A stretch of 64,000 bases of DNA from Squalus acanthias (lineage: Eukaryota), in contig CM059432.1 of assembly GCA_030390025.1 (NCBI GenBank), positions 151,220,001 to 151,284,000 on the forward strand, written 5' to 3'. This document shows positions 51,844 through 62,790 of this stretch, one piece after another. The translations under genes were made by a program, and so were the position numbers. Each line of letters starts with the position of its first letter. Position 1 is the stretch's first letter. The notes beneath the pieces are model-generated. The model ran no database searches. It was not told where the DNA came from and worked only from the letters and a program-made list of their open reading frames with translations.

Positions 51844-52490
51844 AGCCCCAATTTTAACTGGGGATGAGGCGAGAGCTTGGGGTTTGCTCCGGCTCAGTGA
51901 CGTGAGGCTTGGGCCATTTTAACTCCCAGGCCTCATTTAACTAAGTTAGACAGACTCTTAACCAAACCTGGCACCAATGACATGGCACTGGCCAGAGGCT
52001 GCTGCCGGGAACGGTCCACGGCAAAGGTACGTCTAGCGTGGGGGGGTGAGGGGATGTTCGGAGGCGATCATCGGGGTAGGGCAGGCATGGGCGGGGAAGG
52101 CCTTATGTTTCCTTGTGAGGCCCAGAGAAGCTCTCCTGCTCCTTCTGGCCCATAAAAAAATCTTTAAAAAGAAAATGTAATTATCTTTTCGGCCCTGTTC
52201 TGGGTCTGCTGGGTCTCGGCGCCCATAGTTGCATCAGGCACCGACCTCACTGAAAACATGTTAAAATGGTGTTGGGATCTGAATGACATCATCAGACCCC
52301 GACCTTTGCATTTTAATGAGGTCATCGCCTGGCCAGGGGCCGAGGCCCCGAGACGCTGCCCGAATCGTGCCGGTAAAAATGGTAACTAACGCAAACTGAG
52401 TGCGGACATGGTAAGTATGACACTGCCGCGATTTTAACCCCACCCCCGCACGCCCCATTCTCATGGGGGGGGGGGTTTAATATCAAGGCT
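51844..52490. mobile_element. Harbinger-type MITE
   Basis: Degenerate TIRs agccccaattttaac / gtttaatatcaaggct; TSD att/act; the CR1 resumes after it. Confidence 0.65.
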
Positions 52491-52595
52491 ACTACCCCTT
52501 GAGATAAAACTTGAAATCTATTAACTTTTTACACAACCTTATCAACCTAAGGTGCTGCCTTCAATGTTCTGCCTGTAGCCCCTTGTACCTCGACA

Positions 52596-53750
52596 CAGCA
52601 CCGAGTCTCTCCACCCCCAGCACCGAGTCTCTCCGCCCCCAGCACCGAGTCTCTCTGCCCCCAGCACCGAGTCTCTCCCCAGCACCGAGTCTCTCCCCAG
52701 CACCGAGTCTCTCCGCCCCCAGCACCGAGTCTCTCCCCAGCACCGAGTCTCTCCACCCCCAGCACCGAGTCTCTCCACCCCCAGCACCGAGTCTCTCCCC
52801 AGCACCGAGTCTCTCCCCAGCACCGAGTCTCTCCGCCCCCAGCACCGAGTCTCTCCACCCCCAGCACCGAGTCTCTCCCCAGCACCGAGTCTCTCCCCAG
52901 CACCGAGTCTCTCCCCAACACCGAGTCTCTCCGCCCCCAGCACCGAGTCTCTCCCCAGCACCGAGTCTCTCCCCAGCACCGAGTCTCTCCCCAACACCGA
53001 GTCTCTCCCCAGCACCGAGTCTCTCCCCAGCACCGAGTCTCTCCCCAGCACCGAGTCTCTCCCCAGCACCGAGTCTCTCCCCAGCACCGAGTCTCTCCGC
53101 CCCCAGCACCGAGTCTCTCCCCAGCACCGAGTCTCTCCCCAGCACCGAGTCTCTCCGCCCCCAGCACCGAGTCTCTCCCCAGCACCGAGTCTCTCCCCAG
53201 CACCGAGTCTCTCCCCAGCACCGAGTCTCTCCGCCCCCAGCACCGAGTCTCTCCCCAGCACCGAGTCTCTCCCCAGCACCGAGTCTCTCCCCAGCACCGA
53301 GTCTCTCCGCCCCCAGCACCGAGTCTCTCCCCAGCACCGAGTCTCTCCCCAGCACCGAGTCTCTCCCCAGCACCGAGTCTCTCCACCCCCAGCACCGAGT
53401 CTCTCCCCAGCACCGAGTCTCTCCCCAGCACCGAGTCTCTCCGCCCCCAGCACCGAGTCTCTCCGCCCCCAGCACCGAGTCTCTCCCCAGCACCGAGTCT
53501 CTCCCCAGCACCGAGTCTCTCCGCCCCCAGCACCGAGTCTCTCCCCAGCACCGAGTCTCTCCGCCCCCAGCACCGAGTCTCTCCACCCCCAGCACCGAGT
53601 CTCTCCCCAGCACCGAGTCTCTCCCCAGCACCGAGTCTCTCCACCCCCAGCACCGAGTCTCTCCGCCCCCAGCACCGAGTCTCTCCCCAGCACCGAGTCT
53701 CTCCCCAGCACCGAGTCTCTCCCCAGCACCGAGTCTCTCCGCCCACAGCA
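52596..53750. repeat. Minisatellite of interspersed about 19-bp (cagcaccgagtctctcccc) and about 23-bp (with ccRccccc) units
   Basis: About 1.15 kb of tandem units; C-rich on +, G-run-rich on -. Confidence 0.97.
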
Positions 53751-54594
53751 TCATTGCCGTTGATTTTTTCATCAAAATGCTAAACCTCACACTTACTGGC
53801 ATTAAATTCCATCTGCCACTTTTTAGTCCATTATCCCATCTTATTAATATCCCTTTGCAAGTTTGCGTTGGGCCCTAAAGAATTAACTGTACCTTGGGTG
53901 GTTTGTGCCGGAGAAGCAGTGCAGGGCTGCTCTGACGCTGTAAAGCTGTAGGGTAGCAGGAGCACGAAAGGATGTCCGAGAAAATGTCAAGCTTTCTTCA
54001 TGTAGGGGACAAGGTGCCTCTCTCCGCCGAATGCACTGTCAATGGTTTTATCAGGTGCTCTTTTTTAATACAGTGCTGACAGAAAAAGCTCAAGGCTGTG
54101 AAATTCGACACCTTAGCGCCGGTAATTATGGCTGATTTTTTTTTTTAAATGGCATCCACCTCACTTGCGCTCACCTCTGGCACAGCCCACGCTGTTCGGT
54201 TTCTTGGCGAGGGCGATAGCGCGGGCGGGGCGTGCGTGCGCCAGCAGTGTGCAGAGTAGGCAGATCGTGACGTCAGTCAGGGTGTAACGCTGATTTGTCG
54301 CACGACCTGCCAGTTTCAACGTCGCCGCTCCATTCAACGACCTCTCCTAAACACACACAGCTGAACACGCGCTCAGCTGCACGAGGGATCCCCACCAGCG
54401 CTACTTAAAGGATACATCCCACTTCCAGGTAAGTTGATTGTTGCTTTTGTACTGGCTCTTGCAGAGTTTGTATGAGTGCTGGGTTGCTGTAAGAGATTTA
54501 AAAGGTTGTTACTGTGTGCAGGGATTGCTGCTGGATGTTGGGAAGGTGTTGGCTGCTACTGGAAGGCCTCTGAGTTCACCACTTGCTCCCAGTC

Positions 54595-55661
54595 ATGGGG
54601 GCTCTAGTTGCATGACAGGGAGATGGAGCTGGGGCAGCAAAGAAGACAAGCTGCTCGCAGAGAGGAGGAGGAGGAGGGCTCTCAGCAGGAGGCCTTACCC
54701 ATCTAGGGTCTTCAGGGAGCACTTCTCCTACCTGTACCTAAGCCAGGTGCTGTGTGCTCATGGCTCCGCTTCACCAAGGAGGTGGTCACAGAACTCTGCC
54801 ACCTCTTGGAACCAGACCTGCAGCCTCAGAGCAGGGCGACAACGGCACTGCCATTGGCCCTCAAGGTGACCGTGGCCCTGCATTTTCTCACCAGTGGATC
54901 CTTCCAGGCTGGAACAGGCGACATAGCAAACATCTCACAGTTCGCCGTCCATCGCCGCATCCGAGAGGTCACAGAGGCTCTGTACTCTAGGAGAGGGGAC
55001 TTCATTGTCTTCTCTCTAAACCGAGAGAAGCAGGAATGCGCACGTGGCTTTGTCAGGATATCAGGCTTCCCCATGGTGCAGGGCGCCATCGACTGCACAC
55101 ACGTGGCTTTGCAGGCACCGCGTCTCAATGGTGAGATGTTCCGTAAGCGCAAAGGCTACCACTCACTTAATGTGCAGTTGGTGTGCAACTACGCCCAGCA
55201 CATCATGCTGGTGAATGCCCGGTATCCTGGCACAGTCGTGATGCCTACATCCTGCACCAGTCCACTGTGCCAGCAATATTCCAGAACCACAAACCAGAGA
55301 GTGGCTGCTCGGAGACAAGGGCTATCCGCTCTACACCTGGCTGATGACTCCCCTCTGCAACCCCACCACTCATGGCCAGCACTCATATAATGAGAGCCAT
55401 GTTGCCCCGACCATTGGCATGCTGAAGCTACTGTTCCACTGCCGTGACCGCTCGGGAGGGGCCCTCCAGTACTTGCTGGAGCAGGTATCCCATTTCGTGG
55501 TGGTCTGCTGCATCCTCCACAACTTGGCCATCATGAGATCGCAGTCATTGCCACCAGGGGTTCCGGGACCACCTGAGGAGGAGGAAGGAAGGAGGCAGCC
55601 TGCAAATCCACGTTCTGGACAGGCTGTCCGTGAGCACATCATCAGTCTCCACTTCCCCTGA
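54595..55661 (+). pseudogene. Harbinger DDE transposase, frameshifted
   Basis: [62 protein letters not shown]. Confidence 0.92.
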
Positions 55662-57054
55662 ATGAAACCCGAGATCTCCGTTGCTTAACACTTCCTCACC
55701 TTACCATCCCTCTGTCACGGAACATCACAACGTCCTCTTAGCCACAATTACTTAAATGAAAGCCACCACAAAACAAACATTTCATACTTAGTTTATAAAT
55801 GATTCATTCCAATACTATATAACAAAGTCAACTAATCACCCTTGTACATTCCCTTAGTGCCTGTCTTCTGTGTGCCTTTGCCTGTTCTAGTGCTCCTACG
55901 AAGTGCTACCCCAGTGGCTGCAGCATGGTTGGTGGAAGGCTGCTGACTTTCAGTGGGGGGATACTGCAGATGGCCTCTGCAGGACGACCTCGAGTGGCTC
56001 TGGGCCTAGAGGGCCCGGCTGTAGACTGCACCACCACAGCATGGGCAGTAGTCTGAGCTGGCTGGATGACAGGCAACAGCAAGGGCACTGGCGGAGTGGC
56101 AGTGGCGGAAGTACGAAAGCTGTCATCCTGAGAGAGGACACCAGGTTCGTGCTCCATGGAGCCACTGCCACTTCCCCAGGGTGGTGCTTCAGCAATCCTA
56201 GTAATCTGTTGGAAGACAGATTGCTGGACTGCTGTGACACCCTGCAAGCCCTTTTCCACACTGGTAAACAGCCACGATGACAGAAGTCTGAGCTTCCACT
56301 GCAGCACTCAGATATTGGGATGCTTCTGCTTGTGTTGCAATGGAAGCTGAAACATCGGACATCAGACCCTGCATCATGGTTGGGTCCACAAGTGCACTAA
56401 CAGAGTTGTCCATCACTTCCATCCTGGAAATTATGGGCTCCAAGCTTGGCACAAAGCCCTGTGCAAAGTTGGTGCCGGACTCCTCGATGCTCCTTGACAG
56501 TGATAATAGGCTCTCTAGCAGGGATACCAGTGCACCAAGCATTTCTTCTGTAGGCCGCTCCATCGAAGTCCTCGTCTGAGTCCTCTGCAGCAGAACTCGT
56601 GTGTGACCTCGTCCTCCGGGGAGCTGGCACCTGAGCTACCCTTTCCCCCTGTACTGGCTGCAGCATCACTCATGCCCGGTGACTCACTATGTGCAGATCT
56701 GGCCTCTGCAATAGCCTCTAAAGTGCGTGCAGTGCCAGTATCTGAGCTGGTGCCTGCGACTGTCAGGTCGAGTAACGGTGTCTCTTCTTCTCCATCACTC
56801 TCCTCTTGCTCTTCCTACACTGCCTGGCCAGGTTGCAGTTCTTGGGCATCTGAAATGAGAAAGGCACCAGGGTAGGGTTGTGGTGAGGGGAGGGAGGGAA
56901 TGCAAGATGTGCAAGCTTTCACATCAGCAGTTTGTAATTGAGAAGAGATTGTGGGATGATGAGGAAATGCGATGTGAGAAGGAGGATTCGGGATGAGCAT
57001 ACCGTCATATTCAATGGTTTCAGACTTGCTGCTTGCCAGGGCATCAGTGATGTC

Positions 57055-58101
57055 TGTAGGGGGTGGTGGTGGTAGGGGTCAGCCTTACCCCTGACTCAGT
57101 GAGCGGTTCGAATCGCTCCCACGCCCCAGGTTCAGACCTTGGACTTATTTAGGGGTTGTGAATAAAGATGCAGTAGACAACAGGTTCCGATGAAAGAATT
57201 TTGACTTTTATTAAAAGAAAAAGGTAACAAACTTAAAACACACTTCACACTTAAACAGGTTGGAGAACACACGGTACAGTCGAGAGAATGACAATATACA
57301 AAAACCCTTATCCCTCCCAAAAACCCCACTATCTAGCTAGGTTTCGGTTTCAGGAGATCAGGGATAATGCTCACCAAACAGTGCGAAATCCAGCCAGGTA
57401 AGTTGATGGTGGTCTGGTCATCGAGTGTCTTCCTGGAACATGCTGCTTCTGGACAGAGCCGAGAGGGAGAGTCCGGAGAGAGAGCCTCTTGGGGAATTCC
57501 TTGGGGTATTATACATGTTCAGCTCCTTTGTTCTTTTCTTCGCTCCCAGAACCCCTTACTAAAAATGGTTTTGTGCTGAAGTGATTGGTTTCAGTTGAGG
57601 CCTGTTCATTCCATTGTCTTGGTTCCTTGCAGGCTTGTTAAGTTTTGATGGGTTTAACTTGGTGTTAAAAATGTTCTGAACTCTCTTCTTACTGAACTGT
57701 TGTAACTGCTTGATGGGCCTTCAATTATGCTAAACCAAATCAAATCCTGGTCATTGAAAAACCTCGTTACCAGTAACGGCTTTTTAGTGAGTGTCAAATG
57801 GCTTGCGTCCTGTCGATCTGTTGTTTTATTGGAGTTTGCATTGTCCTCATGTTTTGGGTTTCTTGCTGGGCCTAGCATTCCCATCTTTATGCGTCTCTTT
57901 AATAGTTCCTGTGTTTTGGGTGGGGCGGCCTTCTCCCAGGGCCTATTGTCCAAATGTTAATGTTTGCTGGGGCTTGAATTCCAGCCTTTTAAAATTGAGA
58001 TTCCTTATGATAGGCCCAAATGCATATTTATCACTCTGGGGTAGTTCCAAAGTCCTTTTTCCTTAGATTTTTGGGGATCTGCAAATTTTGGAAACTTTAC
58101 A
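57055..58101 (-). mobile_element. Solo LTR (1047 bp)
   Basis: tgtagg...tttaca ends; 4-bp TSD tgtc/tgtc; minus-strand TATA-like (about 57510) and AATAAA (about 57210); the Harbinger exon resumes after it. Confidence 0.82.
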
Positions 58102-58231
58102 TGTCCCCTCCAATAATTGCGAGCACCGTCTCCTCCACCAGCGTAAGGATATGCAGGCGCGCCCATCCCCCACCAGTTAGCTGCTGCTACCTGGAGTTAC
58201 AAGCCACGTTGCCCTGCAAGAGAGAGGGAAG

Positions 58232-59572
58232 TGCGTCAGTGAATGTGGTGCGATGTGTTTGGGTGATGTGCGTGTCAGTGAGTGTGGTGCAATGTGTTTG
58301 GGTGAAGTGTGTGTCAGTGAGTGTGGTGCAATGTGTTTGGGTGAAGTGTGTGTCAGTGAGTGTGGTGCAATGTGTTTGGGTGAAGTGTGTCAGTGAGTGT
58401 GGTGCAATGTGTTTGGGTGATGTGTGTCAGTGAGTGCGGTGCAATGTGTTTGGGTGATGTGTGTGTCAGTGAGTGTGGTGCAATGTGGTTGGGTGAAGTG
58501 TGTCAGTGAGTGTGGTGCAATGTGTTTGGGTGAAGTGTGTGTCAGTGAGTGTGGTGCAATGTGTTTGGGTGATGTGTGTCAGTGAGTGTGGTGCAATGTG
58601 TTTGGGTGATGTGTGTGTCAGTGAGTGTGGTGCAATGTGTTTGGGTGATGTGTGTGTCAGTGAGTGTGGTGCAATGTGTTTGGGTGATGTGTGTCAGTGA
58701 GTGTGGTGCAATGTGTTTGGGTGAAGTGTGTGTCAGTGAGTGTGGTGCAATGTGTTTGGGTGAAGTGTGTCAGTGAGTGTGGTGCAATGTGTTTGGGTGA
58801 TGTGTGTCAGTGAGTGTGGTGCAATGTGTTTGGGTGAAGTGTGTCAGTGAGTGTGGTGCAATGTGTTTGGGTGAAGTGTGTCAGTGAGTGTGGTGCAATG
58901 TGTTTGGGTGAAGTGTGTGTCAGTGAGTGTGGTGCAATGTGTTTGGGTGAAGTGTGTCAGTGAGTGTGGTGCAATGTGTTTGGGTGATGTGTGTGTCAGT
59001 GAGTGTGGTGCAATGTGTTTGGGTGAAGTGTGTGTCAGTGAGTGTGGTGCAATGTGTTTGGGTGATGTATGTGTCAGTGAGTGTGGTGCAATGTGTTTGG
59101 GTGATGTGTGTCAGTGAGTGTGGTGCAATGTGTTTGGGTGAAGTGTGTCAGTGAGTGTGGTGCAATGTGTTTGGGTGAAGTGTGTCAGTGAGTGTGGTGC
59201 AATGTGTTTGGGTGAAGTGTGTGTCAGTGAGTGTGGTGCAATGTGTTTGGGTGAAGTGTGTCAGTGAGTGTGGTGCAATGTGTTTGGGTGATGTGTGTGT
59301 CAGTGAGTGTGGTGCAATGTGTTTGGGTGAAGTGTGTGTCAGTGAGTGTGGTGCAATGTGTTTGGGTGATGTATGTGTCAGTGAGTGTGGTGCAATGTGT
59401 TTGGGTGATGTGTGTGTCAGTGAGTGTGGTGCAATGTGTTTGGGTGAAGTGTGTGTCAGTGAGTGTGGTGCAATGTGTTTGGGTGAAGTGTGTCAGTGAG
59501 TGTGGTGCAATGTGTTTGGGTGAAGTGTGTGTCAGTGAGTGTGGTGCAATGTGTTTGGGTGATGTGTGTGTC
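58232..59572. repeat. About 37-39-bp TG-rich minisatellite (gtgtcagtgagtgtggtgcaatgtgtttgggtga(a/t)gt), about 35 copies
   Basis: Tandem units; single-copy equivalents at about 34461-34500 and 46170-46208. Confidence 0.97.
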
Positions 59573-59890
59573 ATGGTTAAATAGCTGGCAGTGTGTGCAA
59601 AGTGTGAGATGTGAGTGTGAGGCTTGCAGCAGTGGTAAGTGTGTGAGGATGAGGTGAAGCTATGAATGTGTGATTTGAGTTGTGATTGCTGGAGATTGTT
59701 GGTAGGTGAGTGATGGTGTAGTAGTACATTGAGCAGTGTGTGAGGCTAGTGGTACAGTTAGTGGGAGATGGCATTTCAAGATGAATTCAATGACCTTGAC
59801 CACTCATGTAAGGACATTGAACTCCTTTCGGCATTGCATCCATGTCCTCGGGTCATAACATAATAACATAAGATTTAGGAGCAGGAGAAG

Positions 59891-60046
59891 GCCATACGGC
59901 CCTCGAGCCTGCTCCGCCATACGGCCCTCGAGCCTGCTCCGCCATACGGCCCCTCGAGCCTGCTCCGCCATACGGCCCTCGAGCCTGCTCCGCCATACGG
60001 CCCCTCGAGCCTGTTCCGCCATACGGCCCTAGAGCCTGCTCCGCCA
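59891..60046 (-). repeat. 25/26-bp CR1-tail minisatellite, about 6 copies
   Basis: gccatacggccc(c)tcgagcctgctcc units. Confidence 0.93.
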
Positions 60047-60853
60047 TTCAATAAGATCACGGCTGATCTTTGACCTCAATTCCACTTTCCCACCTCATCT
60101 CCATATCCCTTGATTCCCCTCGAGTCCAAAAATCTATCTATCTCAGCCTTAAATGTAATCAAAGACTCAGCATGCACAGCCCTCTGGAGTAGAGAATTCC
60201 AAAGATTCACAACCCTCTGAGTGAAGAAATTCCTCCTCATCTCAGTCTTAAATGGCCGACCCCTTATCCTGAGACTGTGACCCCTGGTTCTAGACACTCC
60301 AGCCAGGGGGAAACAACCTCTCAGCATCTACCCTGTCAAACCCCTCAGAATCTTATATGTTTCAATAAGATCGCCTCTCATCCCTTCTAAACTCCAGAGA
60401 GTATAGGCCCATTCTACACAATCTATCCTCATAGGACAGCCCTCTCCTCTCAGGGATCAATATAATGAACCACCTCCAAGGCAAGTATATCCTTCCTTAG
60501 ATAAGGAGACCAGAACTGTGCACAGTACTCCAGGTGTGGTCTCACCAAGGCCCTGTACAATTGTAGCAAGATTTCCTTACTCTTATACTCCAACCCCCTT
60601 GCAATAAAGGCCAACATGCAATACGCCTTCCTAATTGCTTGCGGTACCTGCATGCTAATTCTGTGTTTTCTGTACGAGGATACCCAAATCTCTCTGAACA
60701 CCAACATTTAATAGTTTCTCACCATTTAAAAAATATTCTGTTTTTCTATTTTTCCTAGCAAAGTAAATAACCTCACATTTCCCCACATTATACTCCATCT
60801 GCCACCTTATTGCCCACTCACTTAACCAGTCTATATCCCTTTGCAGGCTCTTT

Positions 60854-61345
60854 GCGGGAAAAATTGTGTCACGCCCCCTTTGGGTTAGCGCCCCCACGCC
60901 CGAAATTGAATGGTAGCGCCCCAAGCAGGAGGCTACTAAAGGCCTCCCTCCCCTGATTAAAGGGGGGCGCCTAGCGCTGACTGATCGCGGCCAGCACCCA
61001 GCGGGAGGAGGGCAGAGGGGGCAGGTGCTTGCAGGCGGCCCAAAAAAATGGCCGCCCTGCACTTGCCCTTTAATTCGCGGCGCGCCGGCCGCAAACATGG
61101 CACCCTGACCCTGTCGGACATCGCGTCCAGCGGGTGGTCACGGGGCGCGAGCCAAGTTTGCGGACTTGGTGCGAGCGGGCCACTGCGCACGGCAATGATG
61201 TCATTGCCAGAGGCGCAGTGCTGCGAGGCGCTACTGGCTACCGCCACCGCTAACATCCCGCTGAATTTCACGGCAGGCGTTAACGCCGCCGCGCCCAGGT
61301 GCTAGAAGCGCTAACGGGAGGCGCAAAGCAACCGAATTTTTCCCC
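60854..61345. mobile_element. Harbinger-type MITE (family D)
   Basis: TIRs gcgggaaaaatt / aatttttcccc; TSD ttt/ttt; homologous to 39029-39741. Confidence 0.9.
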
Positions 61346-61382
61346 TTTGTGTCCTCCTCACTGCTTACTTTCTCACCTTTTT

Positions 61383-61850
61383 TTTATTCGGTCCTGGGAT
61401 GTGGGCATCGCTGGCAAGGCCAGCATTTATTACCCATCCCTAGTTGCCCCTTGAGAAGGTGGTGGTGAACTGTCTTCTTGAACCACTGTAGTCCGTGTGG
61501 TGAAGGTGCTCCCACAGTGCTGTTAGGTAGGGAGTTCCAGGATTTTGACCCAGCGACGTTGAAGGATCGGCGATATACTTCGAAGTCAGGATGGTGTGTG
61601 ACTTGGAGGGGAACTTGGAGGTGGTGGTGTTCCCATGCGCCTGCTGCCCTTGTCCTTCTAGGTGGAAGAGGTTGCAGGTTTGGGAGGTGCTGCCAAAGAA
61701 GCCTTGGCGAGTTGCTGCAGTGCATCTTGTCGATGGTACACACTGCAGGCAGGATGCGCCGGTGGTGGAGGGAGTGAATATTTAAGGTGGTGGATGGGGT
61801 GCCAATCAAGCGGGCTGCTTTTTCCTGGATCATGTCGAGCTTCTTGAGTC
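61383..61850 (-). mobile_element. 3' fragment of the LINE family at 40935-42733
   Basis: Near-identical to 40940-41398. Confidence 0.9.
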
Positions 61851-62188
61851 TTGCTTTACTTACCAAAATGACTTCTAACTACCCTCCTGCATCCTAACCT
61901 ACTAACTGTTTTCTGTTTAAAAACGTGGCAATGTGTGTTTCTGTCCCTATTATATCTCTGACAGACCACGACAGACCCTGTCAAAGGCTTTGGTCAGGCC
62001 TAAGGTAATATCAAATGGTTCAGCAAAGTGCTTGAGAGCAGAGTTATCAAGAAGATCAATAGCGGAATGGTCATGCAAAATCCAGATTGGTGGCCATGGA
62101 TTAAGTCAGAGTTTTCAAGGTTACGGATAATTCAGCAGATCGCAGCAACTTCCATAGCTTTCAGCACCAATGTAAGAAAAGTAGGGCA

Positions 62189-62268
62189 ATAACAACAGAA
62201 AACGCTGGAAAAACTCAGCAGGCCAGGCAGCATCCGTGGAGAGAGAAACAGAGTTAACTTTTCAGGTT
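62189..62268 (-). mobile_element. Short Penelope-like terminal fragment
   Basis: acagaaaacgctgg...agagttaacttttcagg, flanked by a 17-bp direct repeat. Confidence 0.7.
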
Positions 62269-62454
62269 GTATTTTGCTATCGTAAGAAAAGTAGGGCATT
62301 AGTTTGAAAAGTAGGAGAGATAACTTTTCTTTTGAGGGCGAACATGATCAAATTTTCAAGGAGAGGTAGACTAGAGAAATTGAAAATTGCAGAAAACAGG
62401 AGTAAGTTTGGACATACATTTGACGGATGAACCATCGGCCTCATTGGAGTTTTT

Positions 62455-62790
62455 TTAATATATGCTTTCTTGAGATGTGGGCGTCACTGGCAGGATCCGC
62501 ATTTATTGTCATTCCTAGTTGCTTGCGAGGTCACTTCAGAGGGCAGTTAAGAGTCAACCATGTTGGTGTGGGACTGGAGTCACAGATAGGCCAGACTGGG
62601 TAGGACAGTAGGTTTCTTCCTAAAGAACATCAGTGAACCAATCAGGTTTTTATGACAATCCAACAGCTTCATAATCACTGAATTCAAATTCTCAAACTAC
62701 CATGGTGGGATTTGAACTCATACTTTCTGGATTATTTGCTCAAGCTTCTGAGATGAACTAGTCCAGTAATATAACCACTACACTGCCATT
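62455..62790 (-). mobile_element. Short interspersed repeat sharing the 3' end of the 40935 LINE family
   Basis: gatgtgggcgtcactggc...gcatttattg...cctagttgc, then diverges. Confidence 0.55.

Larger units (their letters stand above)
50760..53875 (-). mobile_element. Old CR1 fragment interrupted by L2, a MITE and a minisatellite
   Basis: Collinear CR1 pieces at about 50760-51100, 51589-51843, 52491-52595 and 53750-53875 (cattaaattccatctgcca = WQMEFN). Confidence 0.75.
54093..59855 (+). mobile_element. Harbinger transposon, right end lost at a CR1 insertion
   Basis: TIR-like ggctgtgaaattc; transposase 54595-55661 on +; Myb gene on - with the same exon layout as 28738-35275. Confidence 0.9.
55850..59855 (-). 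pseudogene. Harbinger Myb/SANT gene remnant (exon 2 split by an LTR, intron 1 expanded by a minisatellite)
   Basis: PRTWMQCRKEFNVLT (about 59800-59850); exon 2 and exon 3 collinear with 30588-34442. Confidence 0.8.
59856..61380 (-). mobile_element. 5'-truncated CR1 with amplified tail and a MITE insertion
   Basis: RT C-terminal motifs 60076-60840; resumes at 61346. Confidence 0.93.

Noticed and set aside
52511..53878. 395-455 aa ORFs (PAPSLS / GETRCW repeats) resembling extensin or mucin
   Set aside because: Several frames on both strands are open simply because the minisatellite unit lacks stop codons; no gene context
29232..55661. Host genes HARBI1 / NAIF1 / MSANTD
   Set aside because: Multiple frameshifted copies bounded by TIRs indicate transposons, not domesticated genes
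10274..59572. CRISPR-like arrays (26-39-bp repeats)
   Set aside because: Units are head-to-tail with no unique spacers, there are no cas genes and the DNA is vertebrate
58020..59584. Cys/Val-rich keratin-associated-like ORFs
   Set aside because: TG-rich intronic tandem repeat
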